DNA of 63,871 nt, the filler included, from Octopus bimaculoides (lineage: Eukaryota): NCBI RefSeq assembly GCF_001194135.2. It is 7 parts of 6 records of this genome, joined end to end, with 100 filler letters (N's around TTAATTAATTAA, not from the genome) between each part and the next. Parts side by side here need not be neighbours in the genome. Positions count along the whole stretch, not along the records: positions 47,003 to 56,596 come from NC_068981.1; positions 56,697 to 59,251 come from NC_068987.1; positions 59,352 to 61,959 come from NC_068998.1; 4 more parts are not named here. One strand, given 5' to 3'. A program made the position numbers and the translations under genes. How positions within the stretch are numbered: the stretch's first letter is position 1; the number at the start of each line of letters is the position of its first letter. The notes below the pieces were generated by a model. That model was given only the letters and a program-made list of their open reading frames with translations, was not told the origin of the DNA and ran no database searches. This document shows positions 50,410 to 61,880 of the stretch, piece by piece.

Positions 50410-51190
50410 GCTTTATCGCACAAAATTGTATCTTTCTATAGGCTTTAATACAGGTACGATATTTTCCTTTATTTGAAAACAGGCCTCAGTCTTAGAACAG
50501 AGACCTAATTCGTCCGACAGCAATTCAAGAAACATTTTTTTTCTTCATTTCAGCTGCTGAGTAATTTTCACTGGTGGGACAGCTATTTATTTCTTTGCAG
50601 AACATATTTATTGGGAGTTCTCATTAGTCAAACAATTCCAATCAGTCCGTATTGAACAGATCGGTTGCTTTTTTTTTTTTACCACGAAAACCTATGCTTT
50701 CCAGGTTTTTCCCTGAAATCTCATATCAATCCACATTTCGCCAACGAAGTGTAGTTTTTCACCTCTCACGCCTCGTACAATTTTTTTATGTTTTCTTTAA
50801 AGTAGGTTTCTCAATTCTTATCCACGTGTCAGTATCAATAATCGAGACGTCACTACCAGTAACTACTTGTAATTTGAGATTCACTTCAATTACTCTTACA
50901 TGTACATATATTTTGTTTTTGGTGTCGCTTCTACTTTGCTTTGAGAAAACCTTAGAATTTTTTAAAGTTCGACCTTCCAAAATTCGCTCTGCTATGTGAG
51001 CTCCTGCGTCCTACCTTTTGGCAACTGTAAGATATTTTTGCGTTTTGAAAGAACAATCATTCATGAAATCCGTAGCATAGGTTTTATCTTAACATTTGTT
51101 TTTGTTTATACCTTCTCGGTCGGCACGCTTGTATTTGTGTCAACTCCTCTTCAATTTTCTTTGCCAGGTGACCCAACGTGTTACGGGTAG
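50410..51190 (-). mobile_element. Ty3/Gypsy gag zinc-knuckle, aspartic protease and RT-linker relic
   Basis: CYGFH...CSF....YSCQKVGRRSSHSR (CCHC-like); LKLQVVTGSDVSIIDTDTWIRIEKPTLKKT (LQLDTGSD protease); DLFNTD*LELFD..ELPINMFC; SDELGLCSKTEACFQIKENIVPV. Confidence 0.82.
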
Positions 51191-51207
51191 TTTAGTTGTT
51201 ATTGTTA

Positions 51208-51244
<37 letters not shown>

Positions 51245-51254
51245 NNNNNNNNNN

Positions 51255-51290
<36 letters not shown>

Positions 51291-51437
51291 TATCATCATC
51301 ATCAGCTCTACATGACCAAATTAGATATTTTGAATCTTAAATGAAAATTTACATGTCACAGTACACATAATTATCTGTATGTGTATTTATATAGATGTCT
51401 ATGTGTGATGTGTGTGTGAGCGTACTTATACATATAA

Positions 51438-51477
<40 letters not shown>

Positions 51478-51483
<6 letters not shown>

Positions 51484-51646
51484 ACTTGGGGATGGTCATA
51501 TTGCCAGTTTAGCCAATAAAAACACACGCACTGTATATTTGGTGTTAATTTTTTTTTTTTTTCAGCTTTATATTACATTAATCTTAATCTTAATCTTATT
51601 TCGGCCAGAGTTCTTTCGTCACACTTCTGTGACCTCATCAGTGGTC
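51478..51646 (-). mobile_element. Third Penelope pLTR copy, cut by gap
   Basis: GTTGTACTTGGGGATGGTCATATT...AATAAAAACACACGCACT...CTTTCGTCACAC is homologous to 15815-15955 and 31310-31450. Confidence 0.8.
51603..51646 (-). ncRNA. Minimal type I hammerhead ribozyme with intact catalytic core
   Basis: GACCA CUGAUGA G GUCACA-GAAG-UGUGAC GAA AGAACU C UGGCC: core CUGAUGA/GAAA, 6-bp stem II, CUC cleavage triplet, CCA/UGG stem I. Confidence 0.78.
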
Positions 51647-54078
51647 NNNNNNNNNNNNNNNNNNNNNNNNNNNNNNNNNNNNNNNNNNNNNNNNNNNNNN
51701 NNNNNNNNNNNNNNNNNNNNNNNNNNNNNNNNNNNNNNNNNNNNNNNNNNNNNNNNNNNNNNNNNNNNNNNNNNNNNNNNNNNNNNNNNNNNNNNNNNNN
51801 NNNNNNNNNNNNNNNNNNNNNNNNNNNNNNNNNNNNNNNNNNNNNNNNNNNNNNNNNNNNNNNNNNNNNNNNNNNNNNNNNNNNNNNNNNNNNNNNNNNN
51901 NNNNNNNNNNNNNNNNNNNNNNNNNNNNNNNNNNNNNNNNNNNNNNNNNNNNNNNNNNNNNNNNNNNNNNNNNNNNNNNNNNNNNNNNNNNNNNNNNNNN
52001 NNNNNNNNNNNNNNNNNNNNNNNNNNNNNNNNNNNNNNNNNNNNNNNNNNNNNNNNNNNNNNNNNNNNNNNNNNNNNNNNNNNNNNNNNNNNNNNNNNNN
52101 NNNNNNNNNNNNNNNNNNNNNNNNNNNNNNNNNNNNNNNNNNNNNNNNNNNNNNNNNNNNNNNNNNNNNNNNNNNNNNNNNNNNNNNNNNNNNNNNNNNN
52201 NNNNNNNNNNNNNNNNNNNNNNNNNNNNNNNNNNNNNNNNNNNNNNNNNNNNNNNNNNNNNNNNNNNNNNNNNNNNNNNNNNNNNNNNNNNNNNNNNNNN
52301 NNNNNNNNNNNNNNNNNNNNNNNNNNNNNNNNNNNNNNNNNNNNNNNNNNNNNNNNNNNNNNNATATATATATATATATATATACAGACACGCGCGTGAG
52401 CAGGTATATTTGCGGTAGCAATCTATAACGCATGATGCATTAATATGCATAACTTCCTACTCATAGATGCAGGCACATTGGGTTCGAGCTATAAAAATGT
52501 TTCATAAAACCTACGTTTATCGGAGCTTGCTCGTGTGTCTTCCTAGGTTTGGATATATTGCAATGTTTCAGATATTTAGTTTCATTTAAATCCATATGTA
52601 ATCTTTTATGCCATGGGTATTTTTGTTTATATGTAGACTTTTCATCATATACACCACCTCTATTTCTTTTATTTTAAGATTCTATAGCCAGGAATCTGTT
52701 ATTATTCAATGCGAGATTCCTTTTGTTTCACAGTTGAGTGTCCTTCGAGTGAAATTTGTCACGTAGAAATAAGTTTCGTAGTTTGCCCGTTATTTATAAC
52801 ATGGCCATTATACTTCAGTAAATTGTTGTATTAAATTTTAGTGGCAGGTAGCCGTGCAGCAAATATTCTGGCACTCGAAGTGGAATTGACTGTTAAAATA
52901 TGGTTTCTTGAACAATGTTTATTGAACGCGCTAACAAGAGAGCCTTTACGTAATAGTTTTAACGGATAGAAATAGTAACAGACCTCCTGAAATTCTACCA
53001 TCATTTACATGGTGGCTTCGATCATAATTCCTATGTTGATAAAGGCTAAACCTTGGCAAGTATATTTTATAAAACATTTGGCGTTGAAGGAGGTAGTAAG
53101 GTCTTAGATAGAACATCTTAGATAGAATATATGCTTCTTCTGCATATTGCAGAAGATGACTTGGCAATTTCAAATGCGCCTGTTCTGTCTCTTAGGAGTG
53201 TCTTTCTTTAGCAGCACTTATTCATAGTCCCATAACTCAGTTACATGGTGCTGAATATTTCCATAACAAAACTTCACGCAGTAATTACTAATACGTAGCT
53301 AAGACCAGATGTAATTTAGGTAAACGTAGACAGCACATATCTGATGTTTGAAATTACATTCAAACAATCGCTAAACCCGTAGCTATCTATCTATCCCTCT
53401 ATATATCTGTCTATCCATCTCTATCCATCTGTCTACCTCTCTCTATCTCTCTCCATATATATATATATATATATATATAGTAGTCTTTGTGAGTGTTACG
53501 GTCATATAGGTAACCAAATGTCTTGCAGAAAACTGTCAATCGTGGTTTGTAGGACTGGAAGCTGTATTGCTAGATCTGCATTATTTAGAAATTGAATTCT
53601 GCTATCTACTGTTACTATGCGAAAAAGAATGTGTTAAACAAGAATGTTCTACCCTACTTGCATGACATTAAATATTAAGAGTGTGATATCTCACACACGT
53701 AGAATATCACAAAACGTCTCAGGGATTGTGGAGAAATAGCTAAATTGAAACACATATGAATATATGTACAGGCACGCACACACAAATGACATATATATGT
53801 ATGTATACTTGTCATCATTCCGTTTTAGTTCAAGATTTCTTACAAATAGAGAAAGAGCTGATTCCTAACCAGGCTCCAAGTTTCCTTCACTGGAATTTCA
53901 ACATCAACAACAGGGTATTTTTGTAAGTATGTATATATGTAATGTATGCATGCATATGTGCAGATTTGTACGTTTAGTTTTATACATGTATTCACATGTA
54001 TACATTTGCATATGTAGACATGCCCATATATATTTGGTCATGTATGTATGTATGTATGTATGCATGTATGTATGCATA

Positions 54079-54238
54079 TGGGCGTAGGCGTGGTTGTGTG
54101 GTAAGATGTTTGCTTCCCAGCATGATTCTGGGTACTGTCCCTCAGCGTGGCATCTTGGGCAAGTGTCTGCTACTATAGACTCGAGCCAGCCAAAGTCCAG
54201 TGAGTCGATTTTCTAGAAACCGAAACAAGTCCGTCATA
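54079..54238 (+). mobile_element. SINE family B head, degenerate
   Basis: GGCGTAGGCGTGGTTGTGTGGTAAGATGTTTGCTTCCCAG...GCGTGGCATCTTGGGCAAGTGTCT. Confidence 0.85.
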
Positions 54239-56552
54239 GAAATTTGAACTGTTAGAGTATATTTATCCATAAATGACCATTCTCTGAAAATTGCAGTTAA
54301 GATATTCTGTAACTTCCAATTTTTCATTCTATATAAATCATACTCACTTTTTTTTTATTATACATCTTCATTTTCTTTATCCTTTCACGTTTAGCTTTTA
54401 TCATACAAGAACACTGTATCCGATGTTATGGTCATTGCTTCGTTCTTTCAGTTTCCAGATATGGAAAAGACATTCCACAACGTAAGCCATTGCTATTGTT
54501 TGAATTTTGTTATTCTTTGTTCATTTTTGTTTTTGGTATTTGTAACTCAAGGAAGTTCCATGGCCTTATAACGTTTACTTGTATTTACCTATAACTGTCT
54601 TATTTTGCATTACTGAGTTTATATTTAACTTTATTGATTATCGATTTCATGTTGAATATAAGTTCTAATGGTCAAGTGCCTCTCTCTTCTTTAATGTAAA
54701 ACATAACTGGATAGTCATAATTAATGCCTCAGTACATTATTCACCCCTACAGCAGTATTTCATGTAGGAATCCTTATAATGCCCGATATTCAGGTATAAT
54801 TTGTCTTTTATCTCTATCTAACAGTGAAATGATTACATAAGGGTGAATCTACGCTAGAATGGGTTTAAAGAGTTATGGTAATGGCACTATTTCCATAAGC
54901 TTGAGTTTGTAAATTGTAGGAAATTTCTCCCTGTAGTTGCTATCAGCTAAGACTCAGTTGGACTAACACGCTGCTCTACCAAATGTTTCGTTAGATTATT
55001 TTTATATATGAGTCACGTTTTGATTGATATTGTGAGTAAATTTTCCAAATCCTTTAATGTTTTAAAAGTCTTTATTTCATGTATCTCATTTGTCTCGTGA
55101 AATTACTTTTGAATGCCTGCATCTATGTTCAGTGATGTCTGTAAAATCTTCGTTGAAAGTGTCTATGAGATACTCCCAAAAAGTAATTCCGTCAGCAGTA
55201 TTTTCCTTGTGAAATGCGGTAAATATATCGTATCAATACTAGCTGATTTTGGAATTGAAGAATATTTTCTATGACCTCTTATATAAAGGTCAAACAGATA
55301 TCATATGTCTACTCTATCGCAATAGCCTAATCAAGACGACGAAACTGTCCGTGGTACCAGATTTATTAATATATGTCTATGATCAAAGCCTTTTCAAAGG
55401 GTGTCGGCCTGGATTAACAATTATATCAAAATGTAACTAATAAATACTAACGTATCTGTTGGTGAATGGTAGAGAGTGCAAAAATTGCAGCCGGGATATA
55501 CATGAGAATCGAAAATAGTGATTTGTGAATACAACTCTGGAAGTGATGTTTACTGTGTTGCAATGGGTACATTTTCAATTCCAGGTGTCATCCTCATTTT
55601 TTTCATATTATTCTGCATATTCGTTTAAAGCTTATTTTCGTTCACGCTCTTTCACTTATTTCTTTTTCATTTTCGCATTTTCAATTCGCAAATATATTGA
55701 GCTATTTTCCGATGCAGCGTAGATTAATTTAACAAGGTTACTTTTGAAGATGTGATAACAGGTTTTCTGATAAATGATGGATTAATAACTTTAGAAACTC
55801 TTTTGTTACATTGGATTTAACCGTTAAGATTGAATGCATGGATCATACTTTATGCTATATTTCACACGCACACACACATAGGCATACATACAAAATGCAT
55901 ACATGCAAACACACACACACACACATATATGTACGTACACAGACACACATCTATTTCTGTGTGTATCTTTTTATATACGGAGATAGAGAGAAAGTGCAGG
56001 AGAGAGAGAAATACATAACTATATATACGCAATTGTTTACGTATACTCATTTGTACGTTTGTATATGTATGCACGAGTGCATGCGTATGCGTTTGTCTGT
56101 GCGTGAACACTTGATTTATGATTCATCGGGATGTATGTTTGTCATGGAAATTTAAATGTATTTCTATAATAAATATGTATTAGGAAAAGCACAGAATTCA
56201 GCATTAACATCCATATTGAAAAGAACTTGTATATATATGAGATTAAAATACATACTCAATTGATTGGAATAAAATGATTTTTAATTAAGTGAAATAAATT
56301 TATTAAACGGTACGAATATATAATTCAATAAAAGCAATTTTCTATTTAAAAGTTAATAGAAGAACGTAATAAGTGAAATTAAAGGCTGCAAAAGAAAATC
56401 TCACATAAAATTACCATTCAAACTTCGTATACACATAAATATATACGTGTGCGCGCGTGTGTGTGCATATATCTATGTATGTATGCATGTATGTAAGCAT
56501 GTATGTATGCATGTATGTATGCATGTATGTATATATGTATGTATGCATGTGA

Positions 56553-56596
<44 letters not shown>

Positions 56597-56696
56597 NNNN
56601 NNNNNNNNNNNNNNNNNNNNNNNNNNNNNNNNNNNNNNNNTTAATTAATTAANNNNNNNNNNNNNNNNNNNNNNNNNNNNNNNNNNNNNNNNNNNN

Positions 56697-56728
<32 letters not shown>

Positions 56729-56799
56729 GTACGCCAAAATAAGAATAACACTTTAACAGATATATTTACTAAAATTACATGAAATATTAAAGAGTAAAT

Positions 56800-57450
56800 T
56801 TACTCAATAAAATCGCCATCGGCTTCAACCACGGTCTCCACTATCTCGGAATCTCCTGCAAAACCTCTGGATAGTCTACTTGTTTAATTTTGGGAATGAT
56901 ACCATAATCATTGTATTCCCCTAATCTTTGGTGTTACAAGGAGTTTTGCTTGTCTCTCGCTCAGCTGCACCCTACACATAATAATCAAAGGGCTTGCAGT
57001 CCGAGGAGTTAGGTAGCCAGATGTTAGGGGTGATGTGGTAACAGAATTCGTTCGTCTGATAGCTATGACTCGTTTCTCTTGCTTGAGTAGCATGGTGCAG
57101 AGTCCTGTTACCAGACATAGAGTCTTCCAGCAGTCACACTCTTGGACCAGGGCAGCACTACCTCCTGCTGAGTCTGAGGCCGTGTAGGAAGATGAATGGA
57201 GGCATAACGTCGCCATCACTAGTGATCACTCCGAACACTATAATGTTTACTGGATGTTTGAAATTTATCACTCTCGGTACATCTCGTCAGATTGCACTGT
57301 CCTCAGATTGACCCCCGAACACTTTGAAATGCTCACATTGAGCTTCCGGCACGAATGCCAAGGAGTACAGTGTGTGGTTTCCAAATTTCCGCCAGAGTGA
57401 TTTACATGATGGTGGTGTTTTTCTCACAGACGGTGCCCAACTAACCATAC
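56800..57450 (-). mobile_element. IS630-Tc1-mariner DD37D (maT-like) transposase relic with internal deletion
   Basis: N-terminus VLLGIRAGSS/NVSISKCSGVNLRTVQ; C-terminus YVW*QDSAPCYSSKRNES*LSDEFCYHITPNIWLPNSSDCKPFDYYV*GAAERET; 37 residues between the last two Asp after removing a 4-bp duplication; stop at 56800-56802. Confidence 0.75.
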
Positions 57451-57468
57451 TATGCTGTATATACTATG

Positions 57469-57500
<32 letters not shown>

Positions 57501-57804
57501 NNNNNNNNNNNNNNNNNNNNNNNNNNNNNNNNNNNNNNNNNNNNNNNNNNNNNNNNNNNNNNNNNNNNNNNNNNNNNNNNNNNNNNNNNNNNNNNNNNNN
57601 NNNNNNNNNNNNNNNNNNNNNNNNNNNNNNNNNNNNNNNNNNNNNNNNNNNNNNNNNNNNNNNNNNNNNNNNNNNNNNNNNNNNNNNNNNNNNNNNNNNN
57701 NNNNNNNNNNNNNNNNNNNNNNNNNNNNNNNNNNNNNNNNNNNNNNNNNNNNNNNNNNNNNNNNNNNNNNNNNNNNNNNNNNNNNNNNNNNNNNNNNNNN
57801 NNNN

Positions 57805-57871
<67 letters not shown>

Positions 57872-58170
57872 ATAAAAACAAAATCAAAAACAAGCAAAGC
57901 GCATGCGCAAAATTACATATATAAAATGGCAAAATATGCATATTTTTAGACGAAATATATTGATTTTCTTTCCTTCTCTTTTTCTTTTGTTTCTTTGTAA
58001 AAGACGATGGTAGGGCAATGCTCTTCCAGTGAAATCTGTTGCATGTAATTTAAGCAATTATTCCAAAAGTATAGGATATCATTTCCATTTCATGAAGTGT
58101 GTGGACTTCATTTTCTTGACACTTGCACAAACACCCACTCATGAATATAATTTTGTATAATATGCACATA

Positions 58171-59251
58171 TCAGGTCATCTAATAAGTTCTGTCCGAATT
58201 TTGAATAAAGAAAACAAATGATCAAATGTTATATTTAATTGAAATTTAATCATCAATGTACTTTCCCTGATTATCATTGATATCTTTCCATCTGTTTACA
58301 AGCTTTTTAATCCCATCAATGTAAAACTCTTTTGGTTTCAAAGCGAATAACTCTGAAATGTCGGTTTCGACATCCTCCTGGCTTGCGAAAGTTATGTCCC
58401 CCAAATGATTCTGTAAACTACAAAATAAATGGTAGTCTGAAGGAGCAAGGTTGGGAGAATAAGGTGGATTATTTCCCAACGAAGCTCTTCGATCTTCTGT
58501 GATGTAATCTTTGCACCTGTGGGGTCGCGCATTGTCCTGATGAAATATCACTTCTTTTCGATTCACTAAAGCGTGTGGTTTTCTTCAAAGTTTGGTTCAA
58601 ACGCTCTAATTGCCGACAGTAGACTTGAGCATTGATTGTTGCATTAGGTGGCAACAATTCAAAGTGAATTACTCCTTTGCAATCCTACCAGTCAGATAGA
58701 GACAAGAACCTTTTTTCCCATGAAGTACCCTTCTCGGTTATAGTTGAGCTTTTTCCCTTTTACCAAGCCACTGTTTACGACGTTAAACATTTCTATAGAA
58801 GATCCATTTTGCGTCACCAGTCACAAGTCTATCCAAAAAGGGTGAAATGAGTTCGAGAGAATAGAGAGAAGAACAGATGTCAACGTGGGATTTGCGGTTG
58901 CTTTCGGACAATTTATGAGGCACCCATTTTCCAAGTTTAGGAACCATTCCAAGTTGTTGAAGATGACGATGAACAACTGTATCGTTTGAACTAAGCTTTA
59001 TTGCCAATTCTTCAAATGATAATGCAGGATTTTCTTTAAGTAATGCTTCAAGGAGCTTATCATCAAGCTCAACTGGACGTCCTGTTCGATCTTCATCTTC
59101 AAGGCTGAAATCTCAACTTCTGAATTTTGCAAACCATCTTGTGCCAGTTCTTTCATTCAAGCATTCTTTCCCATAAACTGAGTGTATGTTTCGAGTCTCT
59201 TTCATTCAATTTTAAAAAAGGTAAAATCGGAGAAAATTTATGGGATGACCT
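58171..59251 (-). mobile_element. Mariner-type (Mos1/SETMAR-like) transposon with terminal inverted repeats; transposase pseudogene, 5' deletion
   Basis: Motifs GKWVPHKL, RLVTGDAKW, FHQDNARPH, PPYSPNLAPSDYHLF and KYIDD*; TIRs 58173-58201 and 59223-59251 match at 23/29; TA at 58169-58170; stops and frameshifts present. Confidence 0.93.
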
Positions 59252-59351
59252 NNNNNNNNNNNNNNNNNNNNNNNNNNNNNNNNNNNNNNNNNNNNTTAAT
59301 TAATTAANNNNNNNNNNNNNNNNNNNNNNNNNNNNNNNNNNNNNNNNNNNN

Positions 59352-59506
59352 GTGGAGAAAAGCAACCAGTCTTTGTGGTCGTCTGGTGGAGAAAAGCAAC
59401 CAGTCTCTGTGGTCGTCTGGTGGAGAAAAGCAACCAGTCTCTGTGGTCGTCTGGTGGAGAAAAGCAACCAGTCTCTGTGGTCGTCTGGTCGAAAAAAGCA
59501 ACCAGT
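59352..59506. repeat. 34-bp GC-rich minisatellite (4 full units plus a partial unit, starting at a gap)
   Basis: GTGGAGAAAAGCAACCAGTCTCTGTGGTCGTCTG at 59352, 59386, 59420 and 59454; partial at 59488. Confidence 0.97.
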
Positions 59507-59748
59507 GAAAGTATCAGTCGGTCTCTGATAGGTTTATGGTGGAGTCTCTGTTAATTGAGACTTCCGGCGTCCTGTACCCTCGGAGCATATCGTTGCTCAC
59601 TGCTATGGGGCTAGAGCTGGGTAAGGAGATGGCTACCCGCAAGTGCGAGCCTCTGCTCCAGTACATCTCCTTCGCCATCTTCCACGGCAGCATCTTTACC
59701 ATTTTGTCGTCCGGGACCGAGAGGCGGTTTGAATTACAGCAAATCTAG
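59491..59748 (+). mobile_element. CRE-like non-LTR retrotransposon 3' end (restriction-like endonuclease C-terminus)
   Basis: In frame EKSNQ*KYQSVSDRFMVESLLIETSGVLYPRSISLLTAMG...EPLLQYISFAIFHGSIFTIL resembles E..K..KY..L...F.P.AIET.G..GP....L..LG....LFQRIS.AI.RGN...IL. Confidence 0.6.
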
Positions 59749-60061
59749 AGAACGTAAGACCTTTACAGCTTTCTACACGAGCAACATTATTTGTCCTCCA
59801 TTTATTGATCGGCTCGGGATAATTTACAAAGTTGACCGTTTAGAAATATAATGAAATTAACTATCTCTTTTACATATACTCTCCTCTCTTACACTCACAC
59901 GAACAAATGCACACACATACACACACCCACCCACCCACACTCACGCAGGTACAAACACACGCACACGCGCACACATACAATACACACACGTGCACACACA
60001 AACACAACATGCATTCCCACGCACTTATATTTGTCATTTTATCATTGACAGTGTTTTCGAA

Positions 60062-60094
60062 GTTTCGGACAGCTTACCGTTCATCAGAGTAAGC
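60062..60094 (-). ncRNA. Degenerate hammerhead-like core, probably a Penelope pLTR remnant
   Basis: The minus strand reads GCUUACU CUGAUGA ACGGUAAGCUGUCC GAAAC; stems are poorly formed. Confidence 0.35.
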
Positions 60095-60174
60095 AGGCCA
60101 CAGAATAGTGAATACGTACTCTACAAGAAATTCTGAGTGATCCTTCAGTTTCATTTACAATTGTTATAATTCGG

Positions 60175-60221
<47 letters not shown>

Positions 60222-60313
60222 NNNNNNNNNNNNNNNNNNNATATATATACATGCGTAGCAATTACAACGTGGAAAACACTCTAGCCATTCCCCAAAAAAA
60301 ACATGTTTGCCTG

Positions 60314-60363
<50 letters not shown>

Positions 60364-60909
60364 AATCTATCTATCTATCTATCTACCGGTCTGTCTCTCT
60401 CTCCCACTGCCTGTCTGCCTGCCTGTCTTTGTCTTTGTCTCGTTCTGTATTTCCCTCTCTCTATCCATCTATGTATGTATCTGTCTGTCTGGCTATCTGA
60501 CCGTCGGCTTCGCTGTCCGTCTGTCTCTGTCTGTCTATCCCTCTCTTTCTTTCTCTCTCTGTCTCTCTCTGTCTCTCTCTTTCTTTCTCTCTCTCTCTTT
60601 CTGACTCTCTCACTCTGTATCATTTTATCTATCTGTCTATCTATCTGTATTTTTGTGTGTATGCATGTGTGTATATATATATATCTTAACCTCATCCTGG
60701 CTTCTAATTCGCTTAGGCATACGAGATAATTCATCGGTTAATTGTTTCTTTAGTCTTGGAAATATTTTTCTTTTGCTCTGCATGACGTTATCGATGGCAC
60801 TTTAAACCGAATAATTTTCTTAATGTTGCCTAATTATGTTGACCTTCGGTGAATACCTGTTGACATGATATGCTTATCATTTTTGTTTGTCTCTCAATGA
60901 AGACCCGAT

Positions 60910-60947
<38 letters not shown>

Positions 60948-61699
60948 GCGCGCACGCGCACGCGCGCACTCTCTCTCTCTCTCACACACACACATATACA
61001 TGTATGTATGTATACGCTATTAAATATTATTTCGAATAGTACTCTATTACAGGCTGGATTAGTTTGATTTCGCCGGTTCCAAGTAATACTCCACTGGTTT
61101 TAGTCGAATTTAAACACATACGCACATACATACATACATACATACATACATACATACACACATAGATCCATACATACATGCATGCATGCATACATACATA
61201 CATACATACATACACACATAGATCCATACATACATGCATACATACATACATACATACACACATAGATCCATACATACATGCATGCATACATACATACATA
61301 CACAGACACATGCACACACATACAGTATACATACGTTTGTTTGTTTGTGAGTGTGTTTGTGTGTGCATTTATATATGTAGATTCACGTGCATACATATAA
61401 TACTTAGCGGGAAAGTTATTAGATGCTGTCGATTAGAAAAACTGAGAAGTAGGCTGAAGCCAGATGTGGGGAGTGGCAGATTCAATCTTTGAAAGGGAGG
61501 AGAAGGCTAACCACCCACAAAATACCATTTTCAGACTAGACAGACGAGAAAACACGAGAAAGGACGAGAGATGACAAGTGTAAAAGAGATTGCGGCAAGA
61601 GACGAAAGGAGTGGAAAAATTTCAAAAAATTTCAAAAAATTTCAGTCGGACGCTGACACTCGTTGATGCTGCATCGAAGAGGCCAGGGAATAGAAGAAA

Positions 61700-61880
61700 G
61701 AAGACATACACCCAACACCAGAGCTGAAGACACCTCCGAAAGGAGGAGCCCCGCCACGTCAAAACGGTAGAGGAGTAGGTGCCGAAACCGGACGTGGTTC
61801 CTCCTGATGATGTCTTGAGCTAACTGGATCCTATAAAGGAGATGTTGTGGTAGCAGACCACGAAACATGGTTGAAATTCC
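61700..61880 (+). ncRNA. Two tandem hammerhead-like cores in a GC-rich island (Penelope pLTR or retrozyme-like)
   Basis: CTGAAGA 61724, CACCT...AGGTG, GAAAC 61784; then CTGATGA 61804, TGTCT...AGACCA, GAAAC 61862. Confidence 0.5.

Noticed and set aside
53136-53156. 9-bp perfect hairpin (similar small ones near 39172 and 47100)
   Set aside because: Short stems of this size are expected occasionally in 64 kb; there is no supporting context.
52500-53340. RTE-like C-terminal peptide (LLKYNGHVI) on the minus strand
   Set aside because: Too degraded to distinguish from chance.
12307-57949. Long ORFs of 150-390 aa in the ORF track
   Set aside because: They are open only because they run through N gaps and YI, CV, HT or LSIY microsatellite translations.
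59352-59506. CRISPR-like array of 34-bp repeats
   Set aside because: Units are contiguous with no spacers, and the context is eukaryotic; it is a minisatellite.
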